A stretch of DNA of 64,000 nt from the NCBI GenBank assembly GCA_017531505.1, contig JAFXKX010000010.1:63568-127567 (forward strand), given 5' to 3'. Both the position numbers and the translations under genes were made by a program. Positions 28,450 to 37,077 of this stretch are shown here, piece after piece. The notes under the pieces were generated by a model. The model had not been told where the DNA came from. It searched no databases and was given only the letters and a program-made list of their open reading frames with translations. The DNA is from Clostridia bacterium. Its GTDB lineage: Bacteria > Bacillota > Clostridia > Christensenellales > Christensenellaceae. The first letter of the stretch is position 1. The number at the start of each line of letters is the position of its first letter.

Positions 28450-29733
28450 TCAATCTTGCCCGGAAAACCGGCTTTTTGTCTTTCTCTGTTTATTCGTTTG
28501 GGGAAGGATAGCCGCCAGCACCATTGCTACAATGCCGCTGGTCAGCCCGCCATTATACAGACAAAACCCACCATGCATCAGCATGACCGGCCGTACCAGA
28601 CAGCCGTGCAGCAGCCCTGCCAGCACACCGCAGATAACGCCGCATTTTCCGGAAACAGGTACCAATGCTGCCGCAAAGCACAAACCCGTTACCAAACTCT
28701 GGGTATGCAGCGGCAAAGGGATCAGCACAGAAGCCAATATATACCCCAGCAATATCGGCAGCATCGTAACAGGGGTCGCACCACGTGCCGCAACCGCCAT
28801 CAGACAAAACATACATCCGATGGTAACGCCGTTGAAGGACGCCCCTGTCAACTGATAACATCCGATGACAAAAAATCCGTATACCCCCATATGGATCAAT
28901 ACCACCGGGTAGTCGGCCGTTTCGGTCAGATCCTGTTCATATCCGGTACAACGCAATATATTTCCATACCCGCGTAAAGAACATCCGTTTGCGATCCAGC
29001 CGATCAGCAGCAGCGCAAAAGCACTTCCTCCGTAAACCGCCCACGCAAACAGCGGCTGCGCTTGTCCCAACTGCGCTCCGGGAGAGATGCTGATCTCCAT
29101 CCCCGGGAACAGCAGCACATACCACAGAATACCCAGTACCCCCACCGGTAATGCCGCATTATACAGGGTATAGTTTTTATGCAGTTTGCTGCTGTACGGA
29201 ATCAGCATAGGCAGTATCATGCCGTTTATCACACCCAGCCCTACAGCCGAAAAAACACGCAGCCAACCTGCTTCAAACAGCGGATACCGATACAGCAATT
29301 CACTGACAAAGGGTGCCAATGCCGTAGAAAAAATCGCAATGTGTGCATACTGCGCCAATGATCGTCTGCGCAATTTTGTATATACCCATACGCCCAGCAT
29401 CCCCGGCCATACATTACACACATTCAACCCAAAAAACGCAAATCCAACGCTCAGAAAATAAGCCATCAGTGACGTTGCATTGACAGATGCTTTGGACAGT
29501 ATCAGAACTCCGCAGCACAGCAATCCGATCAGCCCTGCATTGAGCAGTGTGCCGCCGATACAACTCACCGCAAAATAATCTGTCGTCAACTGTGCCGGTG
29601 CTGTACACAGATCTATCAGACCATTTATATTCTCTTGTATCGATCCGACCGGTAAAGATACTGCCAGAAGTGCCAGACTGTAACCCAGCATCAGCCATAT
29701 CCATGTTGCCGATCTTTCATTGCCCTGTTTCAT
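28450..29733 (-). CDS. DUF1576 family membrane protein
   Basis: LTTDYF, TLLNAG, FSTALAPFV and HGGFCLYNGG; two-fold repeated hydrophobic architecture. Confidence 0.8.
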   Translation of the reverse strand: MKQGNERSATWIWLMLGYSLALLAVSLPVGSIQENINGLIDLCTAPAQLTTDYFAVSCIGGTLLNAGLIGLLCCGVLILSKASVNATSLMAYFLSVGFAFFGLNVCNVWPGMLGVWVYTKLRRRSLAQYAHIAIFSTALAPFVSELLYRYPLFEAGWLRVFSAVGLGVINGMILPMLIPYSSKLHKNYTLYNAALPVGVLGILWYVLLFPGMEISISPGAQLGQAQPLFAWAVYGGSAFALLLIGWIANGCSLRGYGNILRCTGYEQDLTETADYPVVLIHMGVYGFFVIGCYQLTGASFNGVTIGCMFCLMAVAARGATPVTMLPILLGYILASVLIPLPLHTQSLVTGLCFAAALVPVSGKCGVICGVLAGLLHGCLVRPVMLMHGGFCLYNGGLTSGIVAMVLAAILPQTNKQRKTKSRFSGQD

Positions 29734-29800
29734 AAAACGCTCCTGATTCTCACATCCTGTTTATCTTACCAAAAGGCACCGGATATTTCAAATCATAACA

Positions 29801-29830
29801 AAACTCCCGAACAACTTCTGTCGGGAGTTT
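29801..29830 (-). terminator. terminator after the spo0A homologue
   Basis: AAACTCCCGA/TCGGGAGTTT stem. Confidence 0.75.
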
Positions 29831-29847
29831 GTTGTATTCCATATTCT

Positions 29848-30618
29848 TTATCCTGCATACTGCAGCGAAAGGCGATCAGCCAACAGCGCCACAAATTCGC
29901 CGTTCGTAGGCTTTTCTTGGCCTGTAAAAATCGGATACCCTAAAATCTGGTTGATCGTCGGTATCTTACCGCGGCTCCACGATACTTCAATAGCATGGCG
30001 TATTGCACGTTCCACCTTACTTGTAGTCGTATCAAATTGTTCTGCCACTTTAGGATACAATCCTTTGGTGATACTGTTGATCAGGTCCGGCTGATTGATC
30101 ACACACTTGATCGCTTCTTTCAAAAATTGATACCCCATAATGTGGGCGGGGATGCCGATCGTAAGGAAAATGCTGCTCAACTGCTCGTCCAGCGATTTAC
30201 TGTGGATCATGGCATTTGTGTTGGCATACGTGATCTCGCGCAAATCAAAGAAGTCCAGCAGTCTTTCGTACAACGTTTCCAGTTGAAAGGGTTTGTTCAT
30301 ATAATAGGTAGCGCCCAACGACATTGCCCGCACATATAATGCTTCACTGCTGATGGCAGACAACATAATCACTTTGGGAGGATTGCTGTATCCCTTCTTT
30401 TCCAATCTTTCCAGCAAAAAGAATCCATCCCAGTCCGGCATGATCAAATCCGCAACCACCGCATTGGGTCGCAGCAACTCGATCATCTCCAGTCCTTCCT
30501 GTGCATTCCCTGCAATACCTACTACTTCGATCTCCGACTTTTGCGTCATATACCTGCTGATTTCCTCAGCGGTCTGCGAATTGTCCTCTACGATCAATAA
30601 TCTAATTTGTTTTTCCAT
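29848..30618 (-). CDS. spo0A: Spo0A family sporulation response regulator (possibly a paralogue)
   Basis: Receiver domain (EDN, DLIMP, KPF) plus the Spo0A C-domain GIPAHIMGY...ITKGLYP...SKVERAIRHAIEVSWSRG...KPTNGEF. Confidence 0.85.
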   Translation of the reverse strand: MEKQIRLLIVEDNSQTAEEISRYMTQKSEIEVVGIAGNAQEGLEMIELLRPNAVVADLIMPDWDGFFLLERLEKKGYSNPPKVIMLSAISSEALYVRAMSLGATYYMNKPFQLETLYERLLDFFDLREITYANTNAMIHSKSLDEQLSSIFLTIGIPAHIMGYQFLKEAIKCVINQPDLINSITKGLYPKVAEQFDTTTSKVERAIRHAIEVSWSRGKIPTINQILGYPIFTGQEKPTNGEFVALLADRLSLQYAG

Positions 30619-30721
30619 TAGTTACTCCCGGCTCACGGCCTGCTGAAATCTTCTGCATTATAACACATTTTAGGAAAAAACAACACTCTTATCCATAATT
30701 TCGCAAATTTTTCGCGGTTTT

Positions 30722-32143
30722 TTATTTTCTCTTCTTTCTTGAACGAATCCGCATACCCATATACACAACAGCGACCGGCGCCGCGGTAAGGCAGCCAAAT
30801 ATCAACAGCATGGAAAGGATACCGCCGCTTTGTGCAAAACGCGGAGTCTGAATAAACTTCCCCGATACCGCTGTCGGCGGCTCCAGCGGGGCCAGACTGT
30901 GTACCAATCCGTCAAAGAACAGATAGTTCCCATCGATCGAAAATGCAGTATCTCCGATACATTGGGAATCTGTAATGACTGCGAGGCAGGAAGTCTCTTT
31001 TTCCGACATCGCCCCTACACAAAAACCGCCGGATCTGTCTCCCTTTTCAAAATGAAAATTCTCTATCTTTTGCTGCAACGGTTTTGCGAAACACCGGGTG
31101 TCTGCAGTCAGCAATTCCGTAACCGTCGCCTGTCCTCCGCGCAGGAAGCGCAGACTTGCCGCCTCATGCACCACCACTTTCAGCTCTTCTCCATATAAGG
31201 ATGAGGGGATGTCTTTCATCGTCGGCGTAGCTCCAAAGGAAGTTCTGCGCAGGTTGATCGTATTTTCATCCCTGGCCAATATGATGTCACGGTTGATGGC
31301 TATATTATATTCCGCCAGCAGCTTCTCGAACATGGGCATTTCAGCCGTATATACCTGCAATATTCCCTGCGCCGTATTGAAACTGGCCTTATCCATAAAC
31401 AGCAGCAGCCGTCCGCCGCCCTGCATAAACTGCGCTATTGCTTCATATTCGCTTTGCTCCAGATCCGCTTTGGGCGAAACCGCAATCAAAATATCCGTCT
31501 CCGGATTCAGCGGCTGCTTGGTCGCCGATACATCAAATTCGCTCACCTGAAAATTCGCCATATCCAGCATATGCCGAAAATCCCGCAGTTCCGAAACAGG
31601 CGTCTCTCCGTGACCGGTCAGCATATATACATTACAAAACGCTCCATCCTGAATACCTTCAATGGTCGTAGTGATCTTTGCTTCCGCACGGAATTCGTTC
31701 GTCCCGTTGAATGCATTCTCCACATATAATTCTTCTGCGGTATATACTTTGGTGACCTCATGGTTACCGTCCGAAATGATGATGCCGTTTTCTATGGGAT
31801 CCACCTTGATCAGCCCCTCCGTTGTTTTCAATACTTCCGGAGAAACCATAGTTACCTGCACATACGGAGAGTATGCTCCATATTCCGCAGCCAGTTCCCT
31901 TACGCGTACATCCTCATTTCCCGGGGAATATACGACATATAAATAAATCTCTTCCTGCAATGTATCCAACACTCTGCAGGATTCCTCCGACAAAGTATAG
32001 ATGTCGTTTTTTGTCAGATCCACCCGCAAAGCCCTCGATTCTTCCAGTGACGAAAGAATCAGATTGCCCATGATCAAAATCACCAGCCCGATACACAGCA
32101 ACAACTTTCCACCCATATACCGCCAAATATTTTTGTTACTCAT
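30722..32143 (-). CDS. GldG-like ABC auxiliary component
   Basis: N-terminal TM, DLTKNDIYTLS, LTGHGE and C-terminal TM; start MSNKN overlaps the permease stop (ATGA). Confidence 0.8.
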   Translation of the reverse strand: MSNKNIWRYMGGKLLLCIGLVILIMGNLILSSLEESRALRVDLTKNDIYTLSEESCRVLDTLQEEIYLYVVYSPGNEDVRVRELAAEYGAYSPYVQVTMVSPEVLKTTEGLIKVDPIENGIIISDGNHEVTKVYTAEELYVENAFNGTNEFRAEAKITTTIEGIQDGAFCNVYMLTGHGETPVSELRDFRHMLDMANFQVSEFDVSATKQPLNPETDILIAVSPKADLEQSEYEAIAQFMQGGGRLLLFMDKASFNTAQGILQVYTAEMPMFEKLLAEYNIAINRDIILARDENTINLRRTSFGATPTMKDIPSSLYGEELKVVVHEAASLRFLRGGQATVTELLTADTRCFAKPLQQKIENFHFEKGDRSGGFCVGAMSEKETSCLAVITDSQCIGDTAFSIDGNYLFFDGLVHSLAPLEPPTAVSGKFIQTPRFAQSGGILSMLLIFGCLTAAPVAVVYMGMRIRSRKKRK

Positions 32144-32850
32144 ACGCGTTTTTGCCTCCATATCTGCAAAACCTGTACGGTACCCACCTGAAACAGCAAT
32201 GTACAAGTGATCAAATATAAAATTGCGGAATAACTCAGCAAGCCATACTGGAATTCGTGGAATCGACTGAATACCGATACAATGCGTATAACGTGCCGTA
32301 TCAACAGATGCGTCATGTGCGGCAGCAATGCCTCCAGCATCCACCAGGCAAACAGCACCGCCACGGTCACCAGCAACGCACGAAAACCGTGGGAAGACAT
32401 GGACGAAATAAATACTCCCATCGCACAGACTACCGCGCCCATCAGCAGCACGCCCAAATACAGCAGCAGTATTTCCTTCCAGTACATACCTGTCAACAGT
32501 ATACCGATCATCGGGAACAACAACGTAGCCGCACTGAAGGCAGCAAATATCAAAAATGCTGCCAGAAACTTAGAAAACACAACGCTTTGCAGCCGTATTG
32601 CGGAAGAAAATAAAATCCTGTCCGAACCCAAATATTTTTCAGCCGCAAAACTGTCCATCGTCAGCAACGGTATAAACAGCACCAAAACATTGGCGATTTC
32701 CGAAAAAACAGTGCGGATCTCCACAATTTCCTGCGAAAACAGTGCGCCGCCAAAACGGACACCGGTATACAACATCAAACCGGCAGCCGCCAAATACAGC
32801 AGCATATGTCTGCGATAGGTATTCAATTCTTTTTTCAATACCATATACAT
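32140..32850 (-). CDS. ABC-2 type permease (GldF-like)
   Basis: KKELNTY, PLLTMDSFAAEK, VVFSKFLA and GVFISS. Confidence 0.82.
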   Translation of the reverse strand: MYMVLKKELNTYRRHMLLYLAAAGLMLYTGVRFGGALFSQEIVEIRTVFSEIANVLVLFIPLLTMDSFAAEKYLGSDRILFSSAIRLQSVVFSKFLAAFLIFAAFSAATLLFPMIGILLTGMYWKEILLLYLGVLLMGAVVCAMGVFISSMSSHGFRALLVTVAVLFAWWMLEALLPHMTHLLIRHVIRIVSVFSRFHEFQYGLLSYSAILYLITCTLLFQVGTVQVLQIWRQKRV

Positions 32851-32855
32851 AGGAC

Positions 32856-33812
32856 TTATTCCTCTTCTTCCTGTTCCCGACCGGACAACTGCAAATAAAT
32901 ATCCTCCGGCGAAATATGCAAACTGCGCATCTCCAGCACCGGCACTTTATACGATGCCGCCGCAAACCACAGTGCGTGTCTGATATCTTCTCCCTGTTTT
33001 GCATTTACTACAACATCCCATACACCGGTTTCCGATGTACTGTGAAAATCCATCTCTGCCACACCCGACACAAACCGGAAAGCCGCACGGACCTGCGTCG
33101 GCGCACATGCCACCCGCAAACGGATGCCCATTTTTCGTGCAGGCATATCAAACAAATTATCTCTGTCCGATGCAATACGGCCTTTGTTGAGTATGATCGT
33201 CCGCTTGCAAAGATCCGAAAATCCCCCTATGGTATCCGATGCAATGACCAATGTTGTCCGCTGTGCCACTGCTTTCAGGAACAATTTATGCTGCGCCGCT
33301 TCATCGGTGCGCAGCCCATGGAACGGCTGATCGATCAGCAATACTTTAGGCTGCAGCGCCAAAGCCGCTGCAATGCTTACTTTTGCCTGATCCAGCGCAT
33401 TCAGCGCCCGGATAGGATATTCCTCTATATTTGCCAAACCGGAAAATTCCAGTACTTCTTTCATTTCGTTTTTCTGTTTTGCACTGCGGATACGATTGAT
33501 CCCGCACAAAAACCGCATATACTCCCGTACCGTCATCTCCTGATACAAAGCACCGCCCTGGGGGATATACGCAATCTCTTTTCTGCTTTGTGCAGCATCT
33601 TTCCGGATATCCTTTCCTTCCAGTTCCACACAACCGCCATATTTCAGCAAATATCCGGATAGAATATCCAATAACGTCGTTTTTCCGGAGCCGGTCATGC
33701 CAAAAATCCCCGTGGTCTCACCCGGGGCTATATGAAAGGAAATGCCGCTTAGTGCGGCAATATCTCCATAATATTTGCTCAGATTTTTAACTTTCAGCAT
33801 ATTCCTGTACAT
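32856..33812 (-). CDS. ABC ATP-binding protein (GldA-like) with degenerate catalytic motifs
   Basis: Walker A GMTGSGKT and Q-loop YIPQ intact; signature, Walker B Glu, D-loop and H-loop altered. Confidence 0.82.
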   Translation of the reverse strand: MYRNMLKVKNLSKYYGDIAALSGISFHIAPGETTGIFGMTGSGKTTLLDILSGYLLKYGGCVELEGKDIRKDAAQSRKEIAYIPQGGALYQEMTVREYMRFLCGINRIRSAKQKNEMKEVLEFSGLANIEEYPIRALNALDQAKVSIAAALALQPKVLLIDQPFHGLRTDEAAQHKLFLKAVAQRTTLVIASDTIGGFSDLCKRTIILNKGRIASDRDNLFDMPARKMGIRLRVACAPTQVRAAFRFVSGVAEMDFHSTSETGVWDVVVNAKQGEDIRHALWFAAASYKVPVLEMRSLHISPEDIYLQLSGREQEEEE

Positions 33813-33966
33813 CCATTGTTACTCTCGTTACCAAAATTATATCAAACCGCCTATTTCCCCGATGTAAATAAATTATGAATTAACCCCCACCGACAGCGGC
33901 ATGATTTGCGTATCTGCTGCATAAGCATGACATAAAGACCATTTTCTGCCATAAACGGAGGTAATT

Positions 33967-35481
33967 ATGCAATTCAATACACATACTGTCACTACAGAGC
34001 AAAGTTTCCATATCCCGGATATTCAGATTCCCGTAGAAGGCACGATTCCCCTGCCCGAAGGCATCGCACCTATCCAGACTGTACTGGATATTGCAGGTAC
34101 TGCCGAAGTCAGTGAGGTATCTGTCTGTGACGGGAAATTATATCTGGAAGGCGTCGCCCATTTCAAGATCCTGTATCTGGATGCTCACAACGAGTTTACC
34201 GGATTTGATGCAGAGACCGAATTTTCGCATCTGCATGATCTGGAATATACCGATCAGCTTGTGCAGGCCTTGGCATGGTGTCGCTTGGGAGAACTTAACC
34301 ATACCGTCACCGATGGCCACAGTGTATATATCCAGTGTCTTATCGAGGCCGAAACGCTGCTTTCCTGCAATCGTTCGTACCCCGTTTTGGACCCCGGCAC
34401 ACAGGACCGTTTTTTGCAGCACCGTACTGCCGATGTGACCCTTTCCAGGCTGGGCTGTATGCGTACCGGCAAAACCTGCCTTTCCACACAGGTGCGCGTT
34501 CCTCAAAGCCTGCCTGCCGTAAAACGGGTGTTATCCGAACATGGCTATGCCATCCTTCATAAAATCGTTCCTGAGGAGGGTCACGCCGCCTTGGAAGGAG
34601 AACTGCGACTGTTTATCGTATATGAAAGCACCGATAAAAATGCCCCTCTGCAGTATCTGGAAGAAACACTTCCCTTTTCGGACATTATTGCAGATGACGC
34701 CTTGCAGGCACACAGCAAAGTATTTGCCATTGCCGGGCTGGAATCTGTAGCCACACAGCCGGATACACAAAATACAGATATTCTCAACATCTCCGCGGTA
34801 ATTCACCTGTGCTTATCCTGTCATCATACCCATCAGGAGAACATCGTGGAAGATTTGTACCACGAACAACAGGATATCCGCCTAACTCGGGTAGCGTTCC
34901 ACTCCGATAGTATCAGCGATGCTGTCTGCACCAAAAAGGTACTGCGGTTAAGTGCGGAGCTGCCTTCCGATACCCCCGAAGTATCCCGCGTTTTGTTTGC
35001 CCGTGCTTATCCACGCATCCTAAACGCACATCAGCAGGATGGTACTGCAATGATGGAAGGCATCCTGACCGTTGCCTTGTGCTATACCACCATGCAGTCA
35101 GGGATCCGCAGTACACAGCTGCAGCTTCCCTTTGAAACAGAAGTCGCCTATACCGCACTGGACCCGGCTGCGGCGCTGCAGGTGTACGCATTTGGCGCCT
35201 ATACCGTTGCAGAAGGCTCCGGCAAAGAATTGGAACTGAAAGCCTGTCTGGATCTGTGTATTCACGAAGTCCGGTCCCAGACGGTTTATGCCGTGCAAGA
35301 CGCAGCATTGGAGGCACCTGCCGCCCGTAAGCAAACCGGTATTTTTATCTACTACGCAGACGGAAAGGAATCTTTATGGGACATCGCCAAAAAGTTCAAG
35401 ATCAATCGGCAGACCATTTCCACGTTACCGGAAACCGATGTTCCCCCGCAGGGGCATAAGTTGATACTGGTCAGTCGCTAA
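33967..35481 (+). CDS. SipL-like spore coat morphogenetic protein (3x SPOCS/DUF3794 plus LysM-like C-terminus)
   Basis: Three repeats with EG...ILY/VY/CY...LPF patterns; C-terminal ESLWDIAKKF; sigma-E-like sequence near 33899-33928. Confidence 0.8.
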   Translation: MQFNTHTVTTEQSFHIPDIQIPVEGTIPLPEGIAPIQTVLDIAGTAEVSEVSVCDGKLYLEGVAHFKILYLDAHNEFTGFDAETEFSHLHDLEYTDQLVQALAWCRLGELNHTVTDGHSVYIQCLIEAETLLSCNRSYPVLDPGTQDRFLQHRTADVTLSRLGCMRTGKTCLSTQVRVPQSLPAVKRVLSEHGYAILHKIVPEEGHAALEGELRLFIVYESTDKNAPLQYLEETLPFSDIIADDALQAHSKVFAIAGLESVATQPDTQNTDILNISAVIHLCLSCHHTHQENIVEDLYHEQQDIRLTRVAFHSDSISDAVCTKKVLRLSAELPSDTPEVSRVLFARAYPRILNAHQQDGTAMMEGILTVALCYTTMQSGIRSTQLQLPFETEVAYTALDPAAALQVYAFGAYTVAEGSGKELELKACLDLCIHEVRSQTVYAVQDAALEAPAARKQTGIFIYYADGKESLWDIAKKFKINRQTISTLPETDVPPQGHKLILVSR

Positions 35482-35518
35482 AAGGATAATAATTGTTGTA
35501 CGCTTTTGAAAAAACCAC

Positions 35519-35547
35519 TTGACATAGGCTTATGTTATCACTATAAT
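35519..35547 (+). promoter_or_regulatory. consensus sigma-A promoter of tRNA-Ser
   Basis: TTGACA-17 nt-TATAAT. Confidence 0.85.
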
Positions 35548-35578
35548 TAGAAAGGTAGTGAATCAAATCATACGCTTT

Positions 35579-35669
35579 GGAGAGTTGGCTGAGTGGTCGA
35601 AGGCGCACGACTGGAAATCGTGTATACGTTAATAGCGTATCTAGGGTTCAAATCCCTAACTCTCCGCCA
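35579..35669 (+). tRNA. tRNA-Ser (anticodon GGA)
   Basis: GGAGAGT/ACTCTCC acceptor stem, CACGA-CTGGAAA-TCGTG anticodon arm, long variable arm, GGTTCAAATCC T-arm and encoded CCA. Confidence 0.97.
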
Positions 35670-35700
35670 AAAATGCTGCGAGATCATCGCAGCGTTTTTT
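35670..35700 (+). terminator. terminator after the tRNA
   Basis: GCTGCGA/TCGCAGC stem plus T tract. Confidence 0.75.
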
Positions 35701-35783
35701 GTTTGTTCCCCCTTTGTTTCAAAACCGTCCTGACGGTGTTATACTAAATCATGTAAACTTATACATACTATAGGAGAGTTCTT

Positions 35784-37016
35784 ATGCGTTCCAAGCGAAT
35801 TTTCCATGGTTGGATCAATGTCATTGCCTGCCTGCTCATATTAGCGATCGGCATGGGGGTACTCAGCAACACAGCAAGTATCTATATCAAACCGGTTTGT
35901 GACGATCTCGGTTTTTCCCGCGGTGCGTTTTCTCTGCACCGTACCATTTTATCGGTCGTCGGTCTGTTGTGTATGCCGTTATTTACCCGACTGCTGCCCA
36001 AATACGGTTCCAAAAAGATTTTATTGGTTTGCAGCATCGGTCTGGCATTGTCTGTCATCGGCTTCTCCGTCTCCACACAGTTGTGGCACTTTTATGTGTT
36101 TGGTGCTATGTATGGCCTGTTTACCAACGGCATCAGTTTCTTCCTCATCGGAACACTGATCAACTATTGGTTTATCGATAAAAAGGGACTGGCTACAGGC
36201 ATCGCCTATTGCGGCAGCAATATCGGCGGCGCGATCGCCGTCTCTGTCATCGGCAATCTGATGGATACCATCGGCTGGCGCTGGGCTTATGCCGGGTCTG
36301 CCATTCTGACCATCACCCTGCTGGTCCCTATCATTTTGTTGATGGTCAAAGACCGTCCCGAGCAACACGGTATGACACCTTATCAGGAAAAGAAAGCCAC
36401 TCAGGCAGATCCGTCCTCTGTGCAGTTCAGCGGCGTGTTGTTATCCGATGCTCAGAAAACACCGGTATTCTGGGTCATGCTGTTTGCATTTTTCCTGTTC
36501 GCCACCGGCTGTGGTACCCCCAGCCATCTGACAGCCTTTCTCTCAGATAACGGGTATTCCGTTGTGATGGCCACTACCCTGACCTCTGTCTACCAGATTT
36601 CTGTTGCCGTCAATAAAATCTCTATCGGTGCACTGATCGATAAACTGGGCATTTCCGTAGGCGGTTTCCTGTTGGGGCTCAGCTGCATCGGTGTGCCTGT
36701 TACAGCATTACTTGTCCATTTTCAGATCGCTGCATGGCTGCACGTTATTTTGGTCGGCTTTATCTGTGCCGGCTATAGCATCGCCATCAGTATCTATGTA
36801 TCCAAGTTATTTGGCAATCTGGACTTCTCCTCCATTCTCGGTGTTTTTTCCATGGATACCACATTGGGCGCTACCGTGACAACGCCGTTTATGGGTGCCA
36901 TTTTCGATGCTACCGGCAGTTATCGCCTCTCCTGGATCATTCTGCTGATCTGTGCCGTACTGGGCGCTGCAGGACTGGCAGTTATCAGCGCAATGATGCG
37001 CAAACGCAAAGCATAA
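35784..37016 (+). CDS. MFS transporter (OFA/monocarboxylate-like)
   Basis: YWFIDKKGLATGIA and GALIDKLG; about 12 TM segments. Confidence 0.87.
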   Translation: MRSKRIFHGWINVIACLLILAIGMGVLSNTASIYIKPVCDDLGFSRGAFSLHRTILSVVGLLCMPLFTRLLPKYGSKKILLVCSIGLALSVIGFSVSTQLWHFYVFGAMYGLFTNGISFFLIGTLINYWFIDKKGLATGIAYCGSNIGGAIAVSVIGNLMDTIGWRWAYAGSAILTITLLVPIILLMVKDRPEQHGMTPYQEKKATQADPSSVQFSGVLLSDAQKTPVFWVMLFAFFLFATGCGTPSHLTAFLSDNGYSVVMATTLTSVYQISVAVNKISIGALIDKLGISVGGFLLGLSCIGVPVTALLVHFQIAAWLHVILVGFICAGYSIAISIYVSKLFGNLDFSSILGVFSMDTTLGATVTTPFMGAIFDATGSYRLSWIILLICAVLGAAGLAVISAMMRKRKA

Positions 37017-37033
37017 TTTATTCGGACTTCTAT

Positions 37034-37066
37034 AAAAAAACAGCATGGAAAATCCATGCTGTTTTT
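37034..37066. terminator. bidirectional terminator
   Basis: AAAAACAGCATGGA/TCCATGCTGTTTTT stem. Confidence 0.8.
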
Positions 37067-37077
37067 ATTTTATCTGA

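Noticed and set aside
35579-35780. Genomic island at tRNA-Ser
   Set aside because: The tRNA is followed directly by its terminator and a housekeeping-type MFS gene; no integrase or duplicated 3' end seen
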